From positions 1 to 30,565 of the forward strand of contig JBBQEB010000026.1 in NCBI GenBank assembly GCA_038320275.1: a stretch of DNA of 30,565 nt. The letters run 5' to 3'. This DNA is from Myxococcales bacterium (GTDB lineage: Bacteria; Myxococcota; Myxococcia; Myxococcales; Anaeromyxobacteraceae). Each line of letters opens with the position of its first letter. Position 1 is the first letter of the stretch. Positions 8,746-16,450 of this stretch are shown here, piece after piece. Below the pieces are notes generated by a model that was given only the letters and a program-made list of their open reading frames with translations, made no database searches and was not told the origin of the DNA. The position numbers and the translations under genes are program-made.

Positions 8746-10929
8746 ATGTCCCTCGTCACCGCCAGCGGGCTCTCGCTCGCCTTCGGGCCCAAGGTGCTCT
8801 TCCAGGACGCCTCCTTCACCCTCGCGCCCCGCGACCGGGTGGGGCTGGTGGGCCCGAACGGCACTGGAAAGTCCTCGCTGCTGCGCATCCTGGCCGGCGA
8901 GTCGTCGCCGGACACGGGAACGCTCGCCTGGCGGCGCGGCTCCAGGGCGGGGCATCTGCCGCAGGAAGTAGCCGCGCTGCCGGACGGACCGCTGGTGGAC
9001 GTCGTGCTGGCGTCGGTGCCGGGCCGCGCTTCGGTGGAGGAGCGGCTCCTCTCCACCGAAGCGTCGCTGCACGCTGCGCGGGAGCCCGAGGAGCAGCTCG
9101 AGCTGGCGCAGGCGCTGGCCGACCTTCACGCGGAGCTCGATCATTTCGACGAGCGCTTCGGCCGCCATCGCGCGGAGCGCATCCTGGAGGGCCTCGGGTT
9201 CCGGACCGAGGCGCTGCAGGTGCCCACCCACACCCTCTCCGGTGGCTGGAAGATGCGCGCCGCGCTGGCGGGGCTCCTCCTCCAGGACCCCGACCTCCTC
9301 CTCCTCGACGAGCCGACGAACCACCTCGACATCCCGACCCTGACCTGGTTCGACGCTTTCCTGCGCAGCTCCACCAAGGCGCTCCTGCTCATCAGCCACG
9401 ATCGCGAGTTCCTCGACCGCCAGATCGGGCGGGTGCTCTCGCTGGAGCCGGAGGGATTGCGCTCGTACGCGGGCGACTACGAGGACTACCGGCGGCTTCG
9501 GGCCGAGGAGGAGGAGCGGCTCACCGCGACGGCGAGGCGCCAGGAGGCGCGGAGGGCGGAGTTGCAGGGCTTCATCGACCGCTTCGGCGCCAAGGCCACC
9601 AAGGCGCGGCAGGCGCAGAGCCGGCAGAAGATGCTCGACAAGATGGAGACGGTGGAGGTGCGCGCCGCGCGGGCCACCCTCTCCTTCCGCTTCGCCGAGG
9701 CGCCGCGCTCCGGCAAGGAGGTGCTGCGGCTGGAGGGCGTCTCCAAGTCCTACGGCGAAAAAGTCGTGTACCGGAACCTGTCGGCCAGCGTGCAGCGCGG
9801 GGAACGCATCGCCATCATCGGGCCCAACGGCGCCGGCAAGACGACGCTCCTGCGGCTCGTCGCGGGCGAGCTCGCTGCCGACGCGGGCGCGGTGAAGCTG
9901 GGGCTCTCGGTCGTGCCGGGCTACTACGCCCAGCACCATCTGGATAGGGGGGCTCAGAAGGCCCCCCCATTCCCCCCGCTTGCTCCGGGGCAGCCTCCGC
10001 CGGCTACCCCTTCACTTGGCATTCTGGATAGGGGGGCTCAGAAGGCCCCCCCATTCCCCCCGCTCGCTCCGGGGCAGCCTCCGCCGGCTGCCCCTTCACT
10101 TGCCTCGCCCCCTGAGGACGTTGGGCGCGGGTTCGGTGCGCTCTCCTCCAAGACGACCATCCTCGACGCGCTCTGGGACGTGGTGCCGGAGGCGGGCGAG
10201 GGCTTCGTGCGCGGGGTCGCCGGCGGCTTCATGTTCTCCGGCGAGGACGTGGAGAAGCCTCTCGGCGTGCTCTCGGGCGGCGAGCGCGCGCGCGTGGCGC
10301 TAGCGCGCATCCTGCTCCAGCGCTCCAACCTGCTCCTGCTCGACGAGCCCACCAACCACCTCGATCTCACCTCGTCCGAGGCGCTCATCGAGGCGCTGCG
10401 CGGCTACGACGGAACGATGCTGTTCGTCTCGCACAACCGCAGCTTCGTGAACGGCCTCGCCACTCGCGTGTGGGAGGTGAAGGACGGCGCCATTCTCGAT
10501 CAGCCGGGCAACCTCGACGACTGGCTCTACCATCAGGCGCAGCTCGCCGCGGACCTTGCCAGGGGCGAAGCGGAACCGAGGGGCCGCCCCGCTGCCGGTC
10601 GCGCGGCCTCGAACGAAGCGGGCATGACCTCCGAGAAGGAGCGGCGCCGCATGGCAGCGGAGGCGCGCAACGCCCGCCGCGCCCGCGAGAAGCCCCTGCG
10701 CGACGCGGTCGTCGCGCTGGAGCGCCGCATCGCCGAGCTGGAGACGGCGCAGAGAGCGGCGGAGACGGCCTTGGCCGATCCGGCGCTGTACCAGGACTTC
10801 GCGCGGGCTCGCCCTCACGTGGAGGCCCTGACCGCGGCAAAGGAAGAGCTGGCGCGCCTCTACCCGAGCTGGGAGGATCGCCAGCTCGAGCTGGAGGCGC
10901 TCGGGACGCTCGACGAGGAGCGGCCGTGA
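8746..10929 (+). CDS. ABC-F family ATPase (YheS/Uup-like) with a Pro-rich insertion in the second ATPase domain
   Basis: Two NBDs (GPNGTGKS/LSGGW/LLLDEPTNHLD and GPNGAGKT/LSGGE/LLLDEPTNHLD), linker FIDRFGAKATKARQAQSR, C-terminal coiled coil, no TM segments. Confidence 0.95.
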   Translation: MSLVTASGLSLAFGPKVLFQDASFTLAPRDRVGLVGPNGTGKSSLLRILAGESSPDTGTLAWRRGSRAGHLPQEVAALPDGPLVDVVLASVPGRASVEERLLSTEASLHAAREPEEQLELAQALADLHAELDHFDERFGRHRAERILEGLGFRTEALQVPTHTLSGGWKMRAALAGLLLQDPDLLLLDEPTNHLDIPTLTWFDAFLRSSTKALLLISHDREFLDRQIGRVLSLEPEGLRSYAGDYEDYRRLRAEEEERLTATARRQEARRAELQGFIDRFGAKATKARQAQSRQKMLDKMETVEVRAARATLSFRFAEAPRSGKEVLRLEGVSKSYGEKVVYRNLSASVQRGERIAIIGPNGAGKTTLLRLVAGELAADAGAVKLGLSVVPGYYAQHHLDRGAQKAPPFPPLAPGQPPPATPSLGILDRGAQKAPPFPPLAPGQPPPAAPSLASPPEDVGRGFGALSSKTTILDALWDVVPEAGEGFVRGVAGGFMFSGEDVEKPLGVLSGGERARVALARILLQRSNLLLLDEPTNHLDLTSSEALIEALRGYDGTMLFVSHNRSFVNGLATRVWEVKDGAILDQPGNLDDWLYHQAQLAADLARGEAEPRGRPAAGRAASNEAGMTSEKERRRMAAEARNARRAREKPLRDAVVALERRIAELETAQRAAETALADPALYQDFARARPHVEALTAAKEELARLYPSWEDRQLELEALGTLDEERP
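9939..10102 (+). repeat. In-frame tandem duplication (84-bp period) of a two-hairpin palindromic element
   Basis: 9939-10018 and 10023-10102 match at 78/80 nt. Each unit has GGGGGGC-tcagaag-GCCCCCC and GGGGCAGCC-tccgcc-GGCT(A/G)CCCC. It encodes LDRGAQKAPPFPPLAPGQPPPA(T/A)PSL twice. Confidence 0.95.
10848..10895 (+). repeat. Left copy of a 48-bp direct repeat (inside the ABC-F 3' end)
   Basis: gctggcgcgcctcTacccgagctgggaggaTcgccagctcgagctgga matches 13552-13599 at 46/48 nt. Confidence 0.92.
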
Positions 10930-10966
10930 CGGGCGAGGCGCTGCGGGTGCTGCCCCCCGCCCGCGA

Positions 10967-11602
10967 TCACTTCGCCGGTTTCATCTCGTGCGTCGGACCG
11001 AGGTCCTGGCCGTTCACCCTGATCGAGGGTCCCTCCGGCGCTGGCGCCTTCGCCTCGGAGCGCTTCCCGCGCGGAACGCCCACCGCGAAGGCGTCCTTCC
11101 CGTGGACCCCGAAGCCTGGCCCGGAGAGGTCGGCCGCGAGGACGATGTCACCCGTGGGCGAGCCGTCGATCGCGAAGGTGTAGGCGGCCTCGACCGGGGC
11201 GAAGTCCTCCGGCGCGCGCGCGTCCCAGCGCTCCGGACCCGACAGCAGCCGGACGCCGGGCGGGGTCCTCACCGTGATCGCCACCGGCTGGTCGAAGCGC
11301 ATCCGGAACTCGACACGGGCGACGAGCTCGAGCTCGGTCGAGCCCTCTCGGCGCGGCACCCACTTCACGGTGAGCGGAGCCCCGGCGGCGGGCGAGGCGG
11401 CGGGCCTGGCGCGCGAGGCGGCGGTCCCAGGTTCGGTCGCGGTCGGAGGCGGAGCCGGTGCGACCCGCGCCGCCCCCGGCGCGGTTGGCGTGGCGGGCGC
11501 GCCGGCGCCCGCAGGCTCCGCCGAGGGGCTGGTTCGCGGGGCGCAGGCGAGGGCGCAGGCGAGGGAGGCTGCGGCGGCGAGGATCGTTGCAGGTGCAGTC
11601 AT
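10967..11602 (-). CDS. Hypothetical lipoprotein, partner of peptidase copy 1 (211 aa)
   Basis: Signal peptide ending in a lipobox-like ALAC, Pro/Ala linker, then a ~120-aa beta-rich domain (ELVARVEFRM, PPGV, DFAPVE, LAADL, GFGVH, RVNGQDLG) shared with 15795-16442. GAGG SD. Confidence 0.8.
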   Translation of the reverse strand: MTAPATILAAAASLACALACAPRTSPSAEPAGAGAPATPTAPGAARVAPAPPPTATEPGTAASRARPAASPAAGAPLTVKWVPRREGSTELELVARVEFRMRFDQPVAITVRTPPGVRLLSGPERWDARAPEDFAPVEAAYTFAIDGSPTGDIVLAADLSGPGFGVHGKDAFAVGVPRGKRSEAKAPAPEGPSIRVNGQDLGPTHEMKPAK

Positions 11603-11625
11603 GGCGGCCTCACGCGGCGGGTGGC

Positions 11626-13392
11626 TCAGGGGCAGAGCGGTGCGCTGCTCGGGTACGGGTAGAACTGGGCGGGCTGCGCGACCGCGTCGATGGCGGCCGC
11701 CTTCGTGCCGCCGCAGATGACCGCGTCGAAGAAGTCCGCCAGCATGGGGGCAGGCTCGCCCGAGTCCTGCACGTTCGCGAACTGCCCGGGGCCGGTGACG
11801 TCCCACGAGTGCCGCGTGTAGCCGCGCTTGTACGGTGGCGTGTTCATGTGAGCCGACGCGAGCCCCTGGAAGACGGGGATATTTTGCGCGCCGCCCTGCG
11901 AGAGGGCCCACAGCTCGGCAGAGACCTCGTTCTCGTCCATGTTCTGCAAGAGCCCGTCGCCGGGCTTGGGCCGCGTCCAACCGCCCGATCTCGCTGGATA
12001 TGCTCGGTTCCCAAGGTCGACCCAGAACATCGTGCCGCCTTGCTTGTCCGTGTAGAAGGGATCGACCCGGACGTCGCTGCTGAAGAAGGTGGCCCAGCCC
12101 TCCGACCACGCTTGCCCCGGGAACGTCGGTATGCCGATGTAGTGCGTGCCGCCCTCGTTCGGGCTCGTGCCGAAGCTCTGCATCACCCAGTGCCCGAGCT
12201 CGTGGTCGACGACGCTGATGGCCCACTGCTCGGCGTCGTTCGGATCCCCCGGATAGACGATCTGGGTGTCGAAGCGCTGCCCGAACGCGACCACCGGTTC
12301 GGCGAACATGCACGCGCCGCAGCTCCAGCTCGTGCCCGGCTCGAACCAGGCTGCGAGCGGGAGTCCCCGCTTGCCGGCGTAGAAGGACTCCGCGTGCTTG
12401 TGCCCGGTGGACAGCCAGTCGAACATGAAGGCGGCTCCGGCGGACCCGGCCGACGCGGCCGTGGTTCCGAGCGGAATGAGGACGTTGCCACCGCCCGCGT
12501 CATTCACGGCCAGAGCCCACGACCAGACCGCGGCGTTGGTCTTGCTCGCCCCAGGGTCCTGGCCCGTCGCGCCCCCGAACCCCGGATTGAGCAGCGCGAA
12601 CGAGATCCCGCCGGCGCCGTCGTCGCGCACCGCGAAAAAGGCGAGCACGTCTTTCGCGGTCCGGTCGGCCGCGCGCCGCACCTTCACCGAGTACTTCCCC
12701 GCCGTGGCCTGCGCATCGTCCGTGTAGGAGATGTCCGTGAAGAGGAAGTTCGCCTTCTGACCCGCCGGTGGCGCCGGATCGGGGAAGCCCGCCGCCACGA
12801 GGAAGCCGCGACCGGGCACGCGCGTCGGCGCGGTCGCCCAGTCGCTGCGATCAGCGTTGGGCTGTAGCGACTCGATGGTGAGGGCGCCCGAGAGTGTTTC
12901 GGTCTGGGCCGCCGGAACCGCAGCGCAGAACGCGCCGATGGGGCTCACCTGGCACCCGTTCTGGCACGTGCCGGCGTTCGTCCACGCAGCGTTCGTGCAA
13001 CCCTGGAGCGTGTTGCCGTCGCAGCGGCTCATGCCGCTGCGGCATGTGCCGGCCTGAAGCACACAGGCGGCCTTGCCACCCTGGACCAGACACTTCTCAC
13101 CGCCGGTGCAGCTGACGGTGCGGACGGTCGGCTTTCCGAAATCGTTGGGCACCGAGCAGAAGGTGAGCGTCGCAGCGTCCTTGCACACGCCGGCGGTGGG
13201 CACGCCCCCGCACGGACCGAGGAGGAGTCCCCCGACTCCGCTCCCGATGCCGCCTCCCCCGCCGCCGCCGCCGCCCACATAGGTGCCGGCACCGCTATCC
13301 GAGGGCTTGCTCGAGCTGCTACCGCACGCTGCGAGCGCGGCGAGCACGAGGGCAGCGCACCCGTGCGTGCGCTGGAGAGATGCGAGGGCCAT
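11626..13392 (-). CDS. Lipoprotein zinc metallopeptidase-like protein (gluzincin type), copy 1 (588 aa)
   Basis: Lipobox LAAC, Ser/Gly linker, Cys-rich module, then VVDHELGHW (HExxH) and a downstream AWSEGWATFF (third-ligand Glu). Paralog of 16451-18403. Confidence 0.8.
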   Translation of the reverse strand: MALASLQRTHGCAALVLAALAACGSSSSKPSDSGAGTYVGGGGGGGGGIGSGVGGLLLGPCGGVPTAGVCKDAATLTFCSVPNDFGKPTVRTVSCTGGEKCLVQGGKAACVLQAGTCRSGMSRCDGNTLQGCTNAAWTNAGTCQNGCQVSPIGAFCAAVPAAQTETLSGALTIESLQPNADRSDWATAPTRVPGRGFLVAAGFPDPAPPAGQKANFLFTDISYTDDAQATAGKYSVKVRRAADRTAKDVLAFFAVRDDGAGGISFALLNPGFGGATGQDPGASKTNAAVWSWALAVNDAGGGNVLIPLGTTAASAGSAGAAFMFDWLSTGHKHAESFYAGKRGLPLAAWFEPGTSWSCGACMFAEPVVAFGQRFDTQIVYPGDPNDAEQWAISVVDHELGHWVMQSFGTSPNEGGTHYIGIPTFPGQAWSEGWATFFSSDVRVDPFYTDKQGGTMFWVDLGNRAYPARSGGWTRPKPGDGLLQNMDENEVSAELWALSQGGAQNIPVFQGLASAHMNTPPYKRGYTRHSWDVTGPGQFANVQDSGEPAPMLADFFDAVICGGTKAAAIDAVAQPAQFYPYPSSAPLCP

Positions 13393-13496
13393 GGGCGACC
13401 ACCTCGAGAGCGATGTCGCCCCTACATGTGGGGAGGGCGCACGCTTGGTCAAGCACCCACCCCGCTTTCGACGAAGCGCGGGCGGGTTACCTCACC

Positions 13497-13555
13497 GGGG
13501 GGGGGCCTATCAATGACCCCCAGGCCGGCGAAGCAGGGGTCGGCCCGAAAGGCTG
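13497..13555 (-). repeat. Degenerate inverted relative of the ABC-F palindromic element at the islet's right boundary
   Basis: Minus strand cagcct-ttcg-ggccgacccc-tgcttcgc-cggcct-gggggtca-ttgat-aggccccccc parallels cagcct-ccgcc-ggctgcccc-ttcact...ggggggctca-ga-aggccccccc. Aligned by eye. Confidence 0.5.
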
Positions 13556-13630
13556 GCGCGCCTCGACCCGAGCTGGGAGGAGCGCCAGCTCGAGCTGGAA
13601 TTGCTCGCGGCGCAGGATGCCGCGGGCCGA
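13552..13630 (+). pseudogene. Orphan duplicate of the ABC-F 3' end (right copy of the direct repeat)
   Basis: Translates LARLDPSWEERQLELELLAAQD versus LARLYPSWEDRQLELEALGTLD in the intact gene. It has no start and abuts the convergent BI-1 gene. Confidence 0.8.
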
Positions 13631-13650
13631 GGCGCCGCGGCCTCCTCCGA

Positions 13651-14367
13651 TCAGCGCCGGCGACCGAAGAGGCGCAGCAGCGACAGGAACAGGTTCACGA
13701 AGTCGAGGTAGAGGGCAAGCGCGCCGTTCACCGGCATGGCTGCCGAGCCTCCACCCGCGCGGGCCAGGGCGCGGAGCTTCTGCGTGTCGTAGGCGGCGAG
13801 GCCGGTGAAGACGAGCACGCCAGCGCAGGAGATGACGAAGGACATCAGGGTCGAGCCGAGGAAGATGTTCACCACGCTCGCGAGGACGATGCCGATGAGC
13901 CCCATGAACAGGAAGCTGCCCCAGCTCGAGAGGTCCTTCTTGGTCACCGTCGCGTAGACGCTCATCGCCCCGAACATGCCGGCGGTGGTCCCGAAGGCCA
14001 GCGCGACCGAGGAGCCCGTATAGACGAGGAGGACCACCGACATGGTGGCGCCGTTGAGCGCTGCGTACAGCAGGAAGAGCGCGCCGGCCGAGGCCGCGGA
14101 GAGCCGGTTCACCGCGGCGGACAGCGCGATGACGAGCCCCAGTTCGGCGATGACGAGACCGTAGAAGACGATGCGGTTGCCGAGGATGAACTGGATCGCC
14201 TCGGGCGAGCTCGCCACCGAGAAGGCGACCAGCGCAGTGACGACGAGACCTCCCGCCATCCAGCGGTAGACCGCCGCCATGAAGCGGCGCTCGACGTCGG
14301 AGGCGACTCCGGGGAGAGCGCGCGCGCGGGTGGAAAACGGTGCGGAGGTGTCGAAGGGCATGGTCAT
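13651..14367 (-). CDS. Bax inhibitor-1/YccA family membrane protein
   Basis: About 7 TM segments; FMAAVYRWMAGGL, TKKDLSSWGSFLFMGLIG, FTGLAAYDTQKL, GALALYLDFVNLFLSLLRLFG. Confidence 0.95.
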   Translation of the reverse strand: MTMPFDTSAPFSTRARALPGVASDVERRFMAAVYRWMAGGLVVTALVAFSVASSPEAIQFILGNRIVFYGLVIAELGLVIALSAAVNRLSAASAGALFLLYAALNGATMSVVLLVYTGSSVALAFGTTAGMFGAMSVYATVTKKDLSSWGSFLFMGLIGIVLASVVNIFLGSTLMSFVISCAGVLVFTGLAAYDTQKLRALARAGGGSAAMPVNGALALYLDFVNLFLSLLRLFGRRR

Positions 14368-14375
14368 AGTCTAAT

Positions 14376-14427
14376 CCGGAACGGCGCTCCCCGCCGGGAA
14401 CTGCGGCGGAGAGCGCTGGCCTTCCGG
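14376..14427 (-). terminator. Strong hairpin between the beta-barrel gene and BI-1 (terminator or mRNA structure)
   Basis: 13-bp stem 14384-14396/14404-14416 (one G-U pair on the minus strand) plus outer CCGGAA/TTCCGG arms. No U-tract. Confidence 0.4.
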
Positions 14428-14442
14428 GCGGTTGCCGCCGGG

Positions 14443-15270
14443 TTACAGGTACAGCCCGACCCCGAAGAAGAAGCCGGTCTGGCGCAGCGTGGACAGGTCG
14501 GTGTAGCCGTCCGGCGCCACGGTCCGGACCATGAAGCCCCGCTGCTTCAGCTCGAAGGTCAGGAAGAGGTTTCGCGAGACGTAGAGATCGAGGCCGAGGG
14601 AGCCGGCGACGGTGAAGTAAAGCCCCGAGTCGATGGGCAGGGTGGAGGTCTGGTCGATGGAGGCGCCTCCCAACGCCAGCGACAGGAAGGGCCGGAGGAT
14701 CCCGCCGTCGTTGAAGTCGTACTTGAGCCCGACGTCCATCAGGCGCGCATCGCCCGAGCCCTCGAAGCCGAAGCGGAGCCTCTCGCCTCCCCACGGCCCG
14801 CGCAGCTCGAGCGAGAGGCCCAGCGCACCGGTGCTGTCGGAATAGCCGGGCGATCCTTCGAGCCGGCTGACCGAGCCGGGCAGGAGCACGAGCCCGAGCT
14901 GGCCCCGCGGGGCCTCGCGCGGGCCAGCCCACGCCGGCGGGGGTGGGGCGTAGCGCGGCGCAGCTCGGGGGGCGGGCGGGGGAGGCACGTATGCCGGGGG
15001 CGGCGGATAGCCCTGGGGCGCAGGCTCGGCCTGCGGAGGGGGCGGTGCCGGTGCCGCTTGGTAGGCCTGCGGGTCGCAGACGTACGTCGTGCGGCCCCAC
15101 GCATCCACCGTGCGGCGATAGCCCGGCACGCAGCCCGGCACGTTCGAGGCGGCGCAGGGCGGCGGCCCGTACCGCGTGAGCGGCGCGGGACAGGCGCCCT
15201 GCTGCGGCGCCAGGGTGGGCCCGGAGGCCTGGCCCAGGGCCGCGACGAGGACGAGAGGTGCGAGCAACAT
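14443..15270 (-). CDS. Outer-membrane beta-barrel protein (OmpA/OmpW-like barrel) with Cys/Pro-rich N-terminus
   Basis: Signal peptide, Pro-rich linker, amphipathic beta strands (LRPFLSLALGG, GLDLYVSRNLFLTFELK) and terminal FFFGVGLYL beta-signal. AGGAGG SD. Confidence 0.75.
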   Translation of the reverse strand: MLLAPLVLVAALGQASGPTLAPQQGACPAPLTRYGPPPCAASNVPGCVPGYRRTVDAWGRTTYVCDPQAYQAAPAPPPPQAEPAPQGYPPPPAYVPPPPAPRAAPRYAPPPPAWAGPREAPRGQLGLVLLPGSVSRLEGSPGYSDSTGALGLSLELRGPWGGERLRFGFEGSGDARLMDVGLKYDFNDGGILRPFLSLALGGASIDQTSTLPIDSGLYFTVAGSLGLDLYVSRNLFLTFELKQRGFMVRTVAPDGYTDLSTLRQTGFFFGVGLYL

Positions 15271-15412
15271 GGTGAGCCTCCTGGCGCGACGACCTGACGG
15301 GCGGCTCAGATGCGACGGGCGTGCCGAGGCGGAAATTCATCGGTCTGCCACGCATTCGGAGGGGAGCTCCCGTGCGAGCGCGGCACAGGCGTGGTGCGCG
15401 CGAGACGCGGGG

Positions 15413-15693
15413 CTACGTGGGCTGTGGGCCAGCGGCCGGTGAAGGCAGGGCGCGGAAGAGCGCGGCCAGCCCGTGCTTGTCGAGGCGCCGCTCTGCGATG
15501 GCGATCATGGCGTCGTGAAGGCGCGAGGGCGGCGCCACGACGACGAACCCGTTGAGCTCGAGAAAGACGACGTCAGCCAGTACTCTCGTTCGCTTGTTCC
15601 CGTCCACGAAGGGTTCTTCTGCGCGAGGTGGAACGCGCAGGCCGCAGCCATCGCGAACAGGTCCTCGTGCACGCATGCGCCGCCGAACGTCGC
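15413..15693 (-). pseudogene. doc: Death-on-curing (Doc/Fic) toxin pseudogene
   Basis: ATFGGACVHEDLFAMAAACAFHLAQKN in one frame continues as PFVDGNKRT..VFLELNG in another (1-nt deletion near 15611-15613). The catalytic His of HPFxDGNKR is lost and the N-terminus is missing. Confidence 0.85.
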
Positions 15694-15758
15694 AGATCCA
15701 GGAACGCCGGCTCCATCATTTCGCTGGTTTCCGCTATCAAACTCTTGATCCTACCGGA

Positions 15759-15781
15759 GGGGGAGCGGAGGTCGCTCCCCC
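15759..15781 (-). terminator. Putative terminator hairpin after module copy 2
   Basis: Perfect 9-bp stem GGGGGAGCG-gaggt-CGCTCCCCC, 13 nt past the stop at 15795. Confidence 0.5.
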
Positions 15782-15794
15782 CACGCGAGGACGC

Positions 15795-16442
15795 CTACTT
15801 CTCGCCGATGGGCTCGCTCCGGCCCAGGTCCCGTCCGTTCACGCGGAGAAGCGGACCCTGCTTTCGCTGCGCCCTCGCTTCGAACCGCTTTCCGGCCGGA
15901 GATCCAACCGCGTACACGTTCTTCGCGTGCACGCCGAATCCCTCACCCTCGAGGTCCGCCGCGAGGAGGATGTCGCCCGACGCACCGCTGCCGACCGCGA
16001 AGATGTACGCCTTCTCGACCGGCGCGAAATCGGGCGGAGCGACCGCCTGGAACCGCGTGGGCCCCGAGATGATCTGCACTCCGGGAGGAACGGTGACCGT
16101 CACCGGCAGCGGGTCGGCGAAGTGCATCCGGAACTCGACCCGGGCGACCAGCTGGAGCTCGGTCGGGCTCTCGCTGCGCACCACCCACGTGACGACGAGC
16201 GGGGCGCCCGGCGACGGCGAGTCAACCGGAGCGCCCGCGGCACCGGCCCGCGCCGGCAGGGCTTCGGCCGCGGAGGGCGGAGCGGTGACCGGTGGAGCAG
16301 GCGCAGCACCCGCCCGCTGCGGCTGCGTGCCCGGGGCGGCCGCTGGCGTAGGCTGCGTGCATGCGGCGGTGGCTGTGGCCGCGATTGCTGCGGCGAGCAC
16401 GGCAAGAGAAGCTCGGAACGCCGGAGCTCGAAGCAGGGTCAT
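15795..16442 (-). CDS. Hypothetical lipoprotein, partner of peptidase copy 2 (215 aa)
   Basis: Signal peptide with lipobox-like TAAC, Pro/Ala linker, and the same conserved domain as 10967-11602 (LVARVEFRM, DFAPVE, LAADL.G.GFGVH, RVNGRDLG). Starts 8 nt after the peptidase stop. Confidence 0.8.
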   Translation of the reverse strand: MTLLRAPAFRASLAVLAAAIAATATAACTQPTPAAAPGTQPQRAGAAPAPPVTAPPSAAEALPARAGAAGAPVDSPSPGAPLVVTWVVRSESPTELQLVARVEFRMHFADPLPVTVTVPPGVQIISGPTRFQAVAPPDFAPVEKAYIFAVGSGASGDILLAADLEGEGFGVHAKNVYAVGSPAGKRFEARAQRKQGPLLRVNGRDLGRSEPIGEK

Positions 16443-16450
16443 TGCAGCCC

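Larger units (their letters stand above)
10896..13551. mobile_element. Integrase-free genomic islet (~2.7 kb) carrying module copy 1
   Basis: Bracketed by the 48-bp ABC-F direct repeat. The cargo has visibly more A/T-ending codons than the flanking genes. No recombinase is encoded. Confidence 0.6.

Noticed and set aside
9939..10102. CRISPR array interpretation of the palindromic tandem repeat
   Set aside because: Only two 80-bp units with a 4-nt gap, no unique spacers, inside a CDS, and no cas genes.
13363..15355. 644-aa plus ORF and 622-aa minus ORF across BI-1 and the barrel gene
   Set aside because: Antisense and off-frame shadows of two well-supported genes.
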